DNA of 16,372 bases, taken from Marine Group I thaumarchaeote (GTDB taxonomy: Archaea > Thermoproteota > Nitrososphaeria > Nitrososphaerales > Nitrosopumilaceae). Shown in pieces: positions 7,762 to 15,701 of this stretch. The notes beneath the pieces were generated by a model. That model did not search any database and was not told where the DNA came from. It saw nothing but the letters and a program-made list of their open reading frames with translations. The stretch spans positions 1 through 16,372 of the forward strand of contig CP054849.1 in assembly GCA_044358425.1 (NCBI GenBank), read 5' to 3'. The position numbers were made by a program, and so were the translations under genes. How positions within the stretch are numbered: position 1 is the stretch's first letter; every line of letters begins with the position of its first letter.

Positions 7762-9211
7762 AATCATCTGATGGTTTTATAAATCCGCCATCAAATTTTT
7801 CATGATACTCATCTACTTCTTCAGTAACAATTTCATTATCTGATGAATCATCTGATGGTTTTACAAATCCTCCTCGAATTGAATCTGGTGGTGGAATTTT
7901 TTTTGATTTTCCTAACCCTATTGTTGTAATTATTACAGAGGATAAAATTATGAAAAATATCATTTGTGGATATGCTTCTGCATTTGGTAATCCCATAGTT
8001 ATTGGATAAGTTGCAAGTACTGCAGCAGCTAACCCCCTTGGAATCATTGAATTTGTTACTGATTTATCTAATCTAGAAAATCTTTTTGTTAAAACAGCTT
8101 TTACAACACCTGCTCTGCCAACAAATACTGCAATTGTTATCACAATTCCAAATATCATGTATTCAATTTGTCCAAATGTTGCCATCAACCCAACAAATAC
8201 AAAGAAAAATGATCTTACCAAAAATGTCAGTTGATTATGGGTTGGATCATCCATCTCGATTCTAGGAACCTTGAATCTAAGAATTCTGGAAAGATGTCTT
8301 TTGTTACCAATCATTAAACCAAATACTAAGGCTGTTAGTGCTCCTGATTCTCCAAATGAATTTGCTAAGAAAAATAGTACAAATAATATTGATAATGTCA
8401 ACATATACGCGTGTTGTGCATTTCCAAATTTTGTTGAAATATACATCCAAGGTATTCCTACACCAAATCCTAAAACTAAACCAACAACAACTGCTCTGCC
8501 AATTGTTTCTTGTAATGTTTGTAAATCAAAATGACCAGCAAGAACAGCTTCAAATAAAATGAATGCAATAATTGTGGCAAGAATATCTGTCACTGCTGAC
8601 TCAAAGCTCAGAATTGATTTTGTTTCTTCTGATATTCTGATATTTCTAACTAAACCAAAAACGATTGCTGAACTACTACCTCCAACAATTGAAGCTAGCA
8701 AAATACTTTCTAGCCAAGTCCATTCTAGAACGTAATGTGTTGCAACTGAAATTATTATTACAGATAGGATAAAACCCACAATAGCTAAAGTAACTGAATA
8801 ATGCGCAGTTTTTATTACATGTTTGATATCTAAATTTAATCCACCATCAAACATGATAATTATCAATGCAAGTGCTGCAAAATATGGGACGACTTGAATA
8901 ACAGCTTCAGCTTGAATAATTCCAAATACTGGTCCTATAATTACACCTAGAATCATTAAAAATGCTACATCTGGAATACCTGTTTTTTTAAAAAATGCTT
9001 CTCCTGCAACTCCAAGAAATATTACAACACCTGCTGCAAGTAATATTATTGGTGCAGTAGCAATTGGCTCATCCTGTATTGATAATGAAGAAATTGATGT
9101 TTGTATTTCTGTTAGTTTATTCAAAATAACTGATGAATTAATTTCTGAAAATGAAAAACCTTCAATTTGTGATGTTATCAAATTTAATATTGTTAAAGTA
9201 ATTGTATCCAT
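7751..9211 (-). CDS. Cation:proton antiporter (CPA1/NhaP-like Na+ or K+/H+ exchanger); start probably ATG 9211, ORF extends to 9262
   Basis: About 12-13 TM segments; KKTGIPDV, IIMFDGGL, SFESAVTD, ESGALTALVFGL, FFFVFVGL, IPRGLAAAVLA motifs of NhaP-type antiporters. Confidence 0.9.
   Translation of the reverse strand: MDTITLTILNLITSQIEGFSFSEINSSVILNKLTEIQTSISSLSIQDEPIATAPIILLAAGVVIFLGVAGEAFFKKTGIPDVAFLMILGVIIGPVFGIIQAEAVIQVVPYFAALALIIIMFDGGLNLDIKHVIKTAHYSVTLAIVGFILSVIIISVATHYVLEWTWLESILLASIVGGSSSAIVFGLVRNIRISEETKSILSFESAVTDILATIIAFILFEAVLAGHFDLQTLQETIGRAVVVGLVLGFGVGIPWMYISTKFGNAQHAYMLTLSILFVLFFLANSFGESGALTALVFGLMIGNKRHLSRILRFKVPRIEMDDPTHNQLTFLVRSFFFVFVGLMATFGQIEYMIFGIVITIAVFVGRAGVVKAVLTKRFSRLDKSVTNSMIPRGLAAAVLATYPITMGLPNAEAYPQMIFFIILSSVIITTIGLGKSKKIPPPDSIRGGFVKPSDDSSDNEIVTEEVDEYHEKFDGGFIKPSDDSKK
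7761..7873 (-). repeat. Imperfect 29-bp direct repeat (7761-7789, 7845-7873) encoding a duplicated GGF[VI]KPSDDS motif in the antiporter C-terminal tail
   Basis: gaatcatctgatggtttta(t/c)aaatcc(g/t)cc, 27/29 identical, 84-bp period. Confidence 0.85.
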
Positions 9212-9317
9212 TACTAATTGATTGAAATTATATATGGTTAAAAAGTAAACTGAATTTTTCATGAGTGTTTTGATAGTTTGTAAAACATTAAATCCAATAC
9301 AAGAATAATTTTTGTTA

Positions 9318-9860
9318 TTGAGTGCAACTAATTCATTACGTGAAGATCATAAACAAATTAGGCGTTTAGATAAAATAATCATAAAATGTTATACAGAACT
9401 TTATGCAGGTAAAAATATTCCAATTTCAGATTTAGAAAAAATTACAATTATTATTGAGGAATTCTTTGATTCAATTCATTATTCTCGAGAAGAGGACTCA
9501 TATTTTCCATGCGTTGCAAGTTATGATCATTTAAAACAAGAAATTCGAGCATTGTTAATTGAACATGAGTTTTCAAGAAGAATTGCAATTCAAATAAAAA
9601 AGCATGTAAAACGATGGAAAAATGGTGAAGATGCACGGGAACCTGTTGCAAGATTTTTGAAAACATACTCTACTTATCTAATGGATCACATGAAAAAGGA
9701 AGAAAATTTCTTTGATAAAGCCGAAGCTGAAATAATATCTAAAGAGGAGGAGTTTGAAATGTATGAACAATTCAAATCTGTAATGACAGTTTCAAAAAAA
9801 ATGGAAGATATGATCAAAGAGATTGATTATTTAGAAAAACAAAATTGGGTTCAAAATTAA
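9318..9860 (+). CDS. Hemerythrin/HHE cation-binding domain protein (TTG start at 9318 or 9312)
   Basis: LREDHKQI, HYSREEDSYFP, LLIEH, DHMKKEENFF metal-ligand motifs. Confidence 0.88.
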   Translation: MSATNSLREDHKQIRRLDKIIIKCYTELYAGKNIPISDLEKITIIIEEFFDSIHYSREEDSYFPCVASYDHLKQEIRALLIEHEFSRRIAIQIKKHVKRWKNGEDAREPVARFLKTYSTYLMDHMKKEENFFDKAEAEIISKEEEFEMYEQFKSVMTVSKKMEDMIKEIDYLEKQNWVQN

Positions 9861-9897
9861 CGTAAGCTCTTTATTAGTAATTTCAACATTTTTGAAT

Positions 9898-10413
9898 ATG
9901 AAACCTTTCATTCTTTGGATGACTGGTCTTCCTTGTTCAGGCAAGACCACAATTGTAAAAGATTTGCAGAAAGATATTCCAAATTTGGCAATGCTTGATG
10001 GTGATGAACTAAGAGAATGGTTCTCGCCAAAAGATTTCTCAAAAGCAGGACGTGATGAACATAACAAAAAAGTTGCTCATTTAGCTAAGCTTTTGCTAAA
10101 TCATGGTGTTCCAAGTGTAGTATCTCTAGTTTCACCATATGTTGAAAATAGAGAAAATGCTAGAGAAATTATTTCTGCAGGTGATCAATTTGCAGAAGTG
10201 TATGTAAAGTGTTCATTAGCAAAATGTGAAGAAAGAGATGTCAAAGGCATGTATGCCAAGGCTCGAAAAGGAGAGATTAAAGGATTTACAGGAATAGATG
10301 ATCCTTATGAGGCTCCAGAAAAAGCAGATTTAGTTATTGATACCGAACATGAACCTCTTGCAGATAGTGCAAATAAAGTAAAGGACTTTCTTAATGAAAG
10401 AAACCTACTCTAA
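9898..10413 (+). CDS. cysC: Adenylyl-sulfate (APS) kinase
   Basis: WMTGLPCSGKTT P-loop, LDGDELR, SLVSPY, RDVKGMYAKARKGEIKGFTGIDDPYEAP. Confidence 0.96.
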   Translation: MKPFILWMTGLPCSGKTTIVKDLQKDIPNLAMLDGDELREWFSPKDFSKAGRDEHNKKVAHLAKLLLNHGVPSVVSLVSPYVENRENAREIISAGDQFAEVYVKCSLAKCEERDVKGMYAKARKGEIKGFTGIDDPYEAPEKADLVIDTEHEPLADSANKVKDFLNERNLL

Positions 10414-11220
10414 TTTTTTAAATTCTGTTAAAATTTTTTCATGAATTAATCCATTGGTTACTAAGATGCCATTTTGATGATACACATTTTTGTTATTATA
10501 TGTTAATTCGTTTCCTAACATATCTGTCATTTTTCCACCAGCTTCTGAAATAATACAATGAGATGCAGCTGTATCCCATTCTTTCATTTTATTTGTTGTA
10601 GTAATGTATATTTCGGCTTGACCTGAACTAATTTTACCAACTTTTAATGAACTTCCTATACTTGTGAAATCTTTAATTCCTATTTTTTCAATGAAATCTT
10701 TTTCTTTATCTGATAAATGATGTCTAGAACCTATTGTTCTACATTTAGGAAGTTCAGAAATTTTAGTAACTGATATTTTCTCCCACTTATTATCTGAATA
10801 TCTAAAAGCACCAGCATTTTTTTGTGCAACGAATAAGGTTTTTTCAGTTGGCCATGCAATTACACCTAAAATTGGTTTTTGATTTTGTACTAATGCAATC
10901 ATTACTGTAAATTCTCCAGTTTTATCAATAAAATCAGAAGTTCCATCAAGCGGATCAATTATCCAAATTATATCATTTGACAATCTAGTTTTATCATCAA
11001 CATCTTCTTCAGAAAGAATTGAATGTTTTGTGACTGAGAGAATTTCTTTAATTATTTTATTACTTTGTAAATCTGCATCTGTTACTGGGGAATTGTCAGT
11101 TTTAGTGAACGTTTTGAAACCTTTTTCGTAAATTTTTAAAATTTTATTTCCTGCTTCTTGTGCAGCCTTAATTGCAAGATCTAACTCTGGAATTTTATTT
11201 GAAATTGGAATATTGTTCAA
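10405..11220 (-). CDS. cysQ: 3'(2'),5'-bisphosphate nucleotidase (PAP phosphatase), inositol monophosphatase family
   Basis: KTDNSPVTDAD, ILSEE, WIIDPLDGT, GEFTVMIAL, GSSLK, EWDTAASH, EAGG. Confidence 0.93.
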   Translation of the reverse strand: MNNIPISNKIPELDLAIKAAQEAGNKILKIYEKGFKTFTKTDNSPVTDADLQSNKIIKEILSVTKHSILSEEDVDDKTRLSNDIIWIIDPLDGTSDFIDKTGEFTVMIALVQNQKPILGVIAWPTEKTLFVAQKNAGAFRYSDNKWEKISVTKISELPKCRTIGSRHHLSDKEKDFIEKIGIKDFTSIGSSLKVGKISSGQAEIYITTTNKMKEWDTAASHCIISEAGGKMTDMLGNELTYNNKNVYHQNGILVTNGLIHEKILTEFKKLE

Positions 11221-11233
11221 TTATGGTTTTTCC

Positions 11234-11443
11234 TTATGTTGTTAATTCTGGTTTCAAAGACCATGCAATTCCTAGCATGATAAATGGAATTGACATGACC
11301 CCAATTATTCCTAAAACTGTATTAAATTGAGCGTCAGAAACTGCAGGATTGTTAATTATCCATGGTAGTGGTAATGTAATTACTATCCAAATTGCTCCTA
11401 AGAGAATTATTAGTTTAGCTCTAAATTTTTTCTTACTTTCCAT
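11234..11443 (-). CDS. Small membrane protein with two TM helices
   Basis: 69 aa; basic N-terminus; two hydrophobic stretches. Confidence 0.75.
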   Translation of the reverse strand: MESKKKFRAKLIILLGAIWIVITLPLPWIINNPAVSDAQFNTVLGIIGVMSIPFIMLGIAWSLKPELTT

Positions 11444-11483
11444 ATCATTTCGTAATTTTGGGTTGTATTAAATTCATGTGAAT

Positions 11484-12227
11484 TTATTTAATTGATTCTC
11501 CTCCATCAACTGTTAGTATTGCTCCAGTAACCCATGATGCATCATCTGATGTAAAATACAATGCAGCTTTTCCAATTTCTTCAGGTTGACCAATTCTTCC
11601 TAATGGATGTTCATTATTCATAAATTCTATATCCTTTTGATTTTTTAAAAATGGTTTTGTCATATCTGTGTCAACTACTCCTGGACAAATACAATTAACT
11701 CTAATTTTGTCTTTAGCATATTCTAATGCCCAACATTTTGTGAGTACAATTAAAGCAGCTTTTGAAGCTGAATATGCATCTGCATTAAACCCTTGATATG
11801 CTTTTAATCCTGCATCAGATGAGATGTTAATGATACAACCAGATGTTTTTTGTAAATATGGTATTGCCTCTTTAGTAAATCTAAACTGTCCAGTTAAATT
11901 AACGTCTAATACTTCATTCCATTCTTCCTCATCAATTTCATGTAATTGTTTTATTTTTGGAAATATACCTGCGTTATTTACTAAAATATCCAGCTTACCA
12001 AATTTTTCAATTGTTTTATTTAATACATTTTGAACTTCACTCTTTTTTTTAATATCACATGTTATTCCAAATGAATTTGTAATTTGTGCTTCAGCTTTTC
12101 TTATTTTTTCAGAGTCTTTTGATGTAATTACTACTAATGCCCCATTTTCTGATAGAATTTTTGCAATGGCAAATCCAATTCCTCTACTTCCACCAGTGAC
12201 TAAAGCAATTTTACCTGTTAATTTCAT
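11484..12227 (-). CDS. Short-chain dehydrogenase/reductase (classical SDR, FabG-like)
   Basis: TGGSRGIG, LDILVNNAG, catalytic YSASK, IRVNCICPG, VDGG. Confidence 0.95.
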   Translation of the reverse strand: MKLTGKIALVTGGSRGIGFAIAKILSENGALVVITSKDSEKIRKAEAQITNSFGITCDIKKKSEVQNVLNKTIEKFGKLDILVNNAGIFPKIKQLHEIDEEEWNEVLDVNLTGQFRFTKEAIPYLQKTSGCIINISSDAGLKAYQGFNADAYSASKAALIVLTKCWALEYAKDKIRVNCICPGVVDTDMTKPFLKNQKDIEFMNNEHPLGRIGQPEEIGKAALYFTSDDASWVTGAILTVDGGESIK

Positions 12228-12392
12228 CAGTTTTAAAATTCAATTTCGTAATTTATAGATCAATTTAATGAAAAATCATTAAAATAATTTAATAATATTC
12301 ACTATTTTCAGTAATTATTATTAAAAAATCTTAAATATTGATTTTTTCTATAATACTTAATGTCGAAAGTTGTTATTTCTATCGACTAATTT

Positions 12393-12485
12393 GCGTAGCC
12401 CCGCAGAACGAAAAAGGCACTCAGGCGTTTGACGCTTGACCACAAGAGGAAATCTCTTATTGTTCTGCAGTTATGGGGTTTACGC
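12393..12485 (+). ncRNA. Putative structured non-coding RNA (three-way junction), family not recognised
   Basis: GC-rich island in an AT-rich intergenic region. Nested pairings: GCGTA/TACGC, GCCCC/GGGGT, GCAGAAC/GTTCTGC, hairpin TCAGGCGT/ACGCTTGA, hairpin AAGAG/CTCTT. G-U wobbles favour the + strand; a T-rich tract follows. Confidence 0.65.
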
Positions 12486-12488
12486 CTT

Positions 12489-12926
12489 TTACTTTATCAA
12501 ATCCACTGATACTGAACCCTTCACGTTCCCATTTGGATTAATAGTAATTGAAATTTCTTGTGATGAATCAATTATAATTTTTTCATTTCCATTATATTCC
12601 CATGTGAAATATTTTGCAGTTTCAGATTCATGTGGAATGCCTACTAGTTCAAAATTTTCTTCAAATGTATAATTTTGACCATTTAATTTTATTGATAAAA
12701 TTTCAGGACTGCTACCATTTGGAACAAATCTAAAAAAATATGTTCCTGGATCAATCAAAAATTCATCAGTATAAACTCCATTAGTATAAAGTTCAGGGTC
12801 TGCTAAAGTTATGTGAAATATATCGTCATTGATTTTCTCATTCTCATCTGATAATCCTGTAATCCAATCAAATACAACAAATCCCAGTATAGGAATAATT
12901 ACCAGAATCACTATTTTTTTATTCAT
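12489..12926 (-). CDS. Hypothetical membrane-anchored/secreted beta-rich protein (ATG 12926; ORF extends to 12938)
   Basis: MNKK followed by a hydrophobic N-terminal anchor; acidic extracellular domain. Confidence 0.8.
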   Translation of the reverse strand: MNKKIVILVIIPILGFVVFDWITGLSDENEKINDDIFHITLADPELYTNGVYTDEFLIDPGTYFFRFVPNGSSPEILSIKLNGQNYTFEENFELVGIPHESETAKYFTWEYNGNEKIIIDSSQEISITINPNGNVKGSVSVDLIK

Positions 12927-13041
12927 AACACAAATCACAAATTCTATTATAAAAAATATTTTTTATTCAGCTCACTAAATTTCACGTCCTGTTAAGCTAA
13001 TTTTACACTTGAAATTAAGTAATAACTCCAGAATCTAATTT

Positions 13042-13683
13042 ATGACTGGTCTTAATGATAAGTGGTCCAAACAACCAAAAACAGGCATAGCTGATAAAAT
13101 CAATGATACAATCAAGCCTAAAGGTCCATTAAAACCACGAGTTCAAGATGGTATTAAAAAATTACAATCACAAATCAAAAAATTAGATTCTATGTTATCC
13201 AGTCTAAAAGAACGTGATGCTAAATTATTTCAAAGAATCGTTACTGCAACACAAAATCATGATGTACAAACTAGTAAAGTTTTAGGAAATGAATTAGCTG
13301 AGGTTCGTAAAGTTACAAAAATTTTAAGCAGTGCTAGAATTGCTTTAGAGCAAATTGAATTAAGATTATCTACATGTAATGATCTTGGTGATACAGTAGT
13401 TGCTATGATACCTACAATGGGATTAATGAAGAATCTAAAATCATCACTTGGAAAAGTAATGCCTGGTGCAGAACAAGAAATTGGTCAAATGGCAGAAATG
13501 CTTGGAGGATTTATGACTGAAAGTTTCGCAGGTGATGCAGCATTTGGTATCGATGAAACAACTAATGCAGAATCTGAGAAAATTTTACAAGAGGCTTCTG
13601 CTGTTGCTGAAAGTTCAACTGGTGAAATGTTCCCATCTGTTCCATCTGCTAGTAAAGAACAAACAAGCTCTAAATTTTTCTAA
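13042..13683 (+). CDS. cdvB: ESCRT-III / CdvB-family (Snf7 domain) protein, stand-alone paralog
   Basis: Snf7 core (PLKPRV...LKERDAKLFQRIV...NELAEVRKV...ALEQIELRLST..DLGD), ESEKILQEASAVAE helix, C-terminal FPSVP (MIM2-like) motif. Confidence 0.88.
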   Translation: MTGLNDKWSKQPKTGIADKINDTIKPKGPLKPRVQDGIKKLQSQIKKLDSMLSSLKERDAKLFQRIVTATQNHDVQTSKVLGNELAEVRKVTKILSSARIALEQIELRLSTCNDLGDTVVAMIPTMGLMKNLKSSLGKVMPGAEQEIGQMAEMLGGFMTESFAGDAAFGIDETTNAESEKILQEASAVAESSTGEMFPSVPSASKEQTSSKFF

Positions 13684-14153
13684 TTTTCTACAGAATCTCT
13701 GCTTTCTTTAATTTGTTTAACTCTATTTCCTTCATCTCCTACTATAGTGTCAATACCTGAAAGCTTATCTCTCAAATTATTGATTATTGTAGCTACTTCA
13801 TCTGCTTCATTTTCTACCTTCATTCTTTTATCTGCTAGTTGCTGAATTCCTCTATTTTCTTCATCAATGTATTCACTAACTTTTTGTAATTTTTCTTTAA
13901 GATTTTTGATATCTACTGATTCTTCTTCTATATCTTTTTCAAGCATTGTTCTTTTATCTTTAAGATTTTTTATCATTAAACCCACATAATCAATTGCTTC
14001 TTCTAATTTTGCGCGTTTTCCCATTAATTCTCCAATACCTATAGTTGATTCGCTATTTACTGATGATTCTACTGATTCTTCTACGTTAGTATTCTCTTCA
14101 ATCCTTTCTTCCATCATTTCTCCTCCTTTCTCTTCTTTGAACTTATCAAACAT
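13680..14153 (-). CDS. Acidic coiled-coil protein of unknown function
   Basis: Long heptad-patterned stretch (RAKLEEAIDYVGLMIKNLKDKRTMLEKDIEE...); stop overlaps the convergent cdvB stop. Confidence 0.8.
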   Translation of the reverse strand: MFDKFKEEKGGEMMEERIEENTNVEESVESSVNSESTIGIGELMGKRAKLEEAIDYVGLMIKNLKDKRTMLEKDIEEESVDIKNLKEKLQKVSEYIDEENRGIQQLADKRMKVENEADEVATIINNLRDKLSGIDTIVGDEGNRVKQIKESRDSVEN

Positions 14154-14313
14154 TTTATGATTTTCTATTGAAATTGGGAATAAAAAGTTATTATGAATCT
14201 CAAAGCTGACCTTGTGAATGAATTTTGATCCAATTTTTTAGCCTCATTTTGATACAAATTTTGAGAAAATTCTCATTTTTAGCAAAATTAGGGGATTTTT
14301 TTCAGTGAAACGG

Positions 14314-14340
14314 GCGTTCCGCTTTGCGTTCCGCTATAAA
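14314..14340 (+). promoter_or_regulatory. Tandem direct repeat GCGTTCCGCT x2 (14314-14323, 14326-14335) fused to the TATA box TATAAA (14335-14340)
   Basis: Exact 10-bp GC-rich repeats with 12-bp period in AT-rich intergenic DNA; 44 nt upstream of the wHTH ATG. Confidence 0.65.
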
Positions 14341-14384
14341 GTTTCAAAATGTTCCTCATTAACAACACCATTCTATACTAATGC

Positions 14385-14672
14385 ATGTCAAAACAACAGT
14401 ATAGGTCCGAAATGGGCATAATGGGTGATATCTTAGACGTTACTGCTAATGGCGGTCGCGATGGAATCATTGTATCTGCAATCTCTCGAAAAGCCAACCT
14501 ATCTCACTATGCAGTATTAGACAAATGTGAGAAATTGGTAGAAGCTGGCTTAGTAGAATCAGTCAAAAATGATAGAAATAGAGTCTTTCAAATAACTGAA
14601 AAAGGTCTAGGCTTTTTCCAGGAATTCAAAAGATTCCAAAATCTAGTAGAAAGCATGAATCTAAGGTATTGA
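14385..14672 (+). CDS. Winged helix-turn-helix transcriptional regulator (archaeal HTH_45/COG3432-like)
   Basis: YRSEMGIMGDIL...AISRKANLSH...LVEAGLV...FQITEKG pattern. Confidence 0.88.
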   Translation: MSKQQYRSEMGIMGDILDVTANGGRDGIIVSAISRKANLSHYAVLDKCEKLVEAGLVESVKNDRNRVFQITEKGLGFFQEFKRFQNLVESMNLRY

Positions 14673-14768
14673 TCTCCATTGAGCCTATTAATCGAACCAA
14701 TTCAATCGAAAAAATCTCTAGGAGACGAGGGAATACTTTTTGTAAGGAATGACAGTATCTTTGATACA

Positions 14769-15701
14769 ATGGTCAAAGTACCCCTTTTGGTAGCTAGTAT
14801 GATAATTGTAGCTGCTTTATTGCCAATCCAATCTTCCTTTAGTTCTCCTAGAGATCTTGATCTAATTATTTATCCAGATGGCTCTACTCATGTTTCAACA
14901 GAAATTGACGTTGATCCATTTCTAACTGATTATGAAGTAAATCTTTTTGGAAATACCATTGATAATTTAGTTGTAATAGGAGATAGTGGATTTCTCTTAG
15001 ACGTTGATGTTATAGGTGATACAGCTTTAATCCAAACTTTTGGTTCATCTGTAATAACTATTGAATATGATATTCATGATTTAGTTTCTAAACAAGGTAG
15101 ATTATGGACATTCTCTTTAGATTCTCCTTCTGACTTTACATTATTACTACCAAAAAATTCTGCTATAGTTGGTATGACAAATTTACCATTGAATATGGAA
15201 ATAATAAATGAACAAAATCAATTAACATTATCTTCAGGTTCAACTGAAATAGATTATTTTTTTAGCACAAGTACAATTTCAAACACTACTGAAGAAATAG
15301 TAAATGAAGAAGATACTTCATCAAACATAATTATTGTTGGAATAATTAGTGGAATTATTGTAATTGTATTAGTTTCTGTTATTATAGTTGCTAAAAATAA
15401 ACAAAAAAATGTTAAAACAATTGATGAAGTTGTAACCATTCAAAAAAATAATATTTTAGATCTTGAAAAAATTTTTAAATTAAAACCTGATTTAAGAGAG
15501 GATGACAAAGAATTAGTGAAATTTATTTTCGATAATAATGGTGAAGCACTTGAAAGTGAATTACGAAAAAAATTCTTACAGCCTAGAACCACAATGTGGC
15601 GTGCAGTTAAGCGATTAGAACGTGAGGGTGTAATTGAAATAGAAAAGAAAGATTTACAAAATTTGGTAAAATTACGCAAGAATATGGAGGAAGATAATTG
15701 A
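14769..15701 (+). CDS. Membrane-anchored protein: signal peptide, extracellular beta domain, TM helix, cytoplasmic winged-HTH (COG2512-like); start probably ATG 14769
   Basis: MVKVPLLVASMIIVAALL signal; TM IIIVGIISGIIVIVLVSVIIVA; C-terminal LREDDKELV...ESELRKKFLQPRTTMWRAVKRLEREGVIEIEK wHTH. Confidence 0.85.
   Translation: MVKVPLLVASMIIVAALLPIQSSFSSPRDLDLIIYPDGSTHVSTEIDVDPFLTDYEVNLFGNTIDNLVVIGDSGFLLDVDVIGDTALIQTFGSSVITIEYDIHDLVSKQGRLWTFSLDSPSDFTLLLPKNSAIVGMTNLPLNMEIINEQNQLTLSSGSTEIDYFFSTSTISNTTEEIVNEEDTSSNIIIVGIISGIIVIVLVSVIIVAKNKQKNVKTIDEVVTIQKNNILDLEKIFKLKPDLREDDKELVKFIFDNNGEALESELRKKFLQPRTTMWRAVKRLEREGVIEIEKKDLQNLVKLRKNMEEDN

Noticed and set aside
6726-12033. ORFs 6726-7067(-), 8271-8534(+), 8338-8562(+), 9451-9666(-), 9831-10067(-), 11824-12033(+)
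   Set aside because: Antisense to crcB, the antiporter, the hemerythrin gene, cysC or the SDR gene; no independent coding signal
12228-12392. Replication origin (AT-rich DUE)
   Set aside because: No recognisable ORB repeats with G-strings and no orc1/cdc6 gene in the window
12393-12485. tRNA, 5S rRNA, hammerhead/twister ribozyme, TPP riboswitch, SECIS or C/D-box identity for the structured RNA
   Set aside because: No cloverleaf with a TTCGA T-loop, no CUGANGA core, no twister GUCCCAAGC-like loop with matching pseudoknot, no RUGAUGA box C, and no in-frame-UGA selenoprotein candidate nearby
12436-12672. 78-aa + strand ORF
   Set aside because: Overlaps the structured RNA and is antisense to the 12489-12926 gene; no recognisable motifs
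15254-15679. ORFs 15254-15439(-) and 15440-15679(-)
   Set aside because: Antisense shadows of the membrane-anchored wHTH gene
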